A model generated the notes under the pieces. The model did no database searches and had not been told where the DNA came from. It worked only from the letters and a program-made list of their open reading frames with translations. Shown here one piece after another: positions 63,640 to 64,000 of a DNA stretch of 64,000 nt. Origin of the DNA: Perkinsus chesapeaki ATCC PRA-425 (Eukaryota > Protista > Perkinsozoa); contig JAAPAO010000045.1 in the NCBI GenBank assembly GCA_013115145.1, forward strand, positions 1-64,000, in the 5' to 3' direction. The position numbers and the translations under genes were made by a program. The first letter of the stretch is position 1. Each line of letters opens with the position of its first letter.

Positions 63640-64000
63640 ATGCCAGAAGGAAAGGGTCCTCGAAGACGAGACCTATCTAGTCTGCGTAAACCTTTACTGG
63701 ATACTCCTGCTTTGGAGGAGTTCCTGAGCGATATAGGGTCATCTAAAAAGCATGCTGGTAGGCTTATTGGGGCATCTGTGAGGACTAGGGTTCAACGACT
63801 CCTTTTGGGTTTATAAGGGTATTGGATATCAAGTATGGTATGGTCAGTTACCATTCAAAAGGCTCTGATAGAAGACGAGCCTGATTTTGATGCTAATAAG
63901 CTCGGGCCTAGGGTACCTAAGAGGGCTGCTGCATTGTTGGATACGGTGTTTATAAGATGCTCAAGCTCAATAGGGATGAAACAAGTATCTAAGGATGGTA
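63640..64000 (+). CDS. RlmN-like radical SAM RNA methyltransferase, 5' part (runs off window)
   Basis: ALEEFL..IG...HA, then PRVPKRAAALLDTVF...SS......SKDG, resembling the N-terminus of eukaryotic RlmN-like proteins. The CxxxCxxC motif is not within the window. Confidence 0.55.

Overview
Gene-dense, intron-rich eukaryotic DNA, most likely a myzozoan alveolate of the Perkinsus type. This is an inference from the short 40-60 nt GT-AG introns, a myzozoan-type ATP synthase subunit b and an ApiCox13-like gene. I found no prokaryotic operon, CRISPR array or autonomous transposon. Exon structures were assembled by eye, so gene ends are approximate, and homology calls come from motif recognition rather than database searches. 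About 25 protein genes are supportable: three EamA/DMT transporter paralogs around a GNAT gene, Cdc14, an SGNH-like protein, EFHB/CFAP21-like, a DHHC palmitoyltransferase, three paralogous secreted PTTG-repeat proteins, a GT34 glycosyltransferase with a hevein-like module, HscB, p24, ApiCox13-like, ATP synthase b, a large kinase with a probable pseudophosphatase, a CNBD K+ channel, and a partial RlmN-like gene. Non-coding elements are an intact tRNA-Thr(AGT) inside an intron, a second tRNA-Thr copy rearranged by an internal inversion, a TA-flanked foldback-like MITE, and a 35-bp minisatellite spanning an assembly gap. The most novel-looking items are a small secreted protein built from six GNxxCW-x4-F-x-F/Y-xx-CC repeats, the rearranged tRNA, the MITE, the kinase-pseudophosphatase architecture, and re-ligated CDGSH motifs in ApiCox13. 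No single new multi-gene system is proven.
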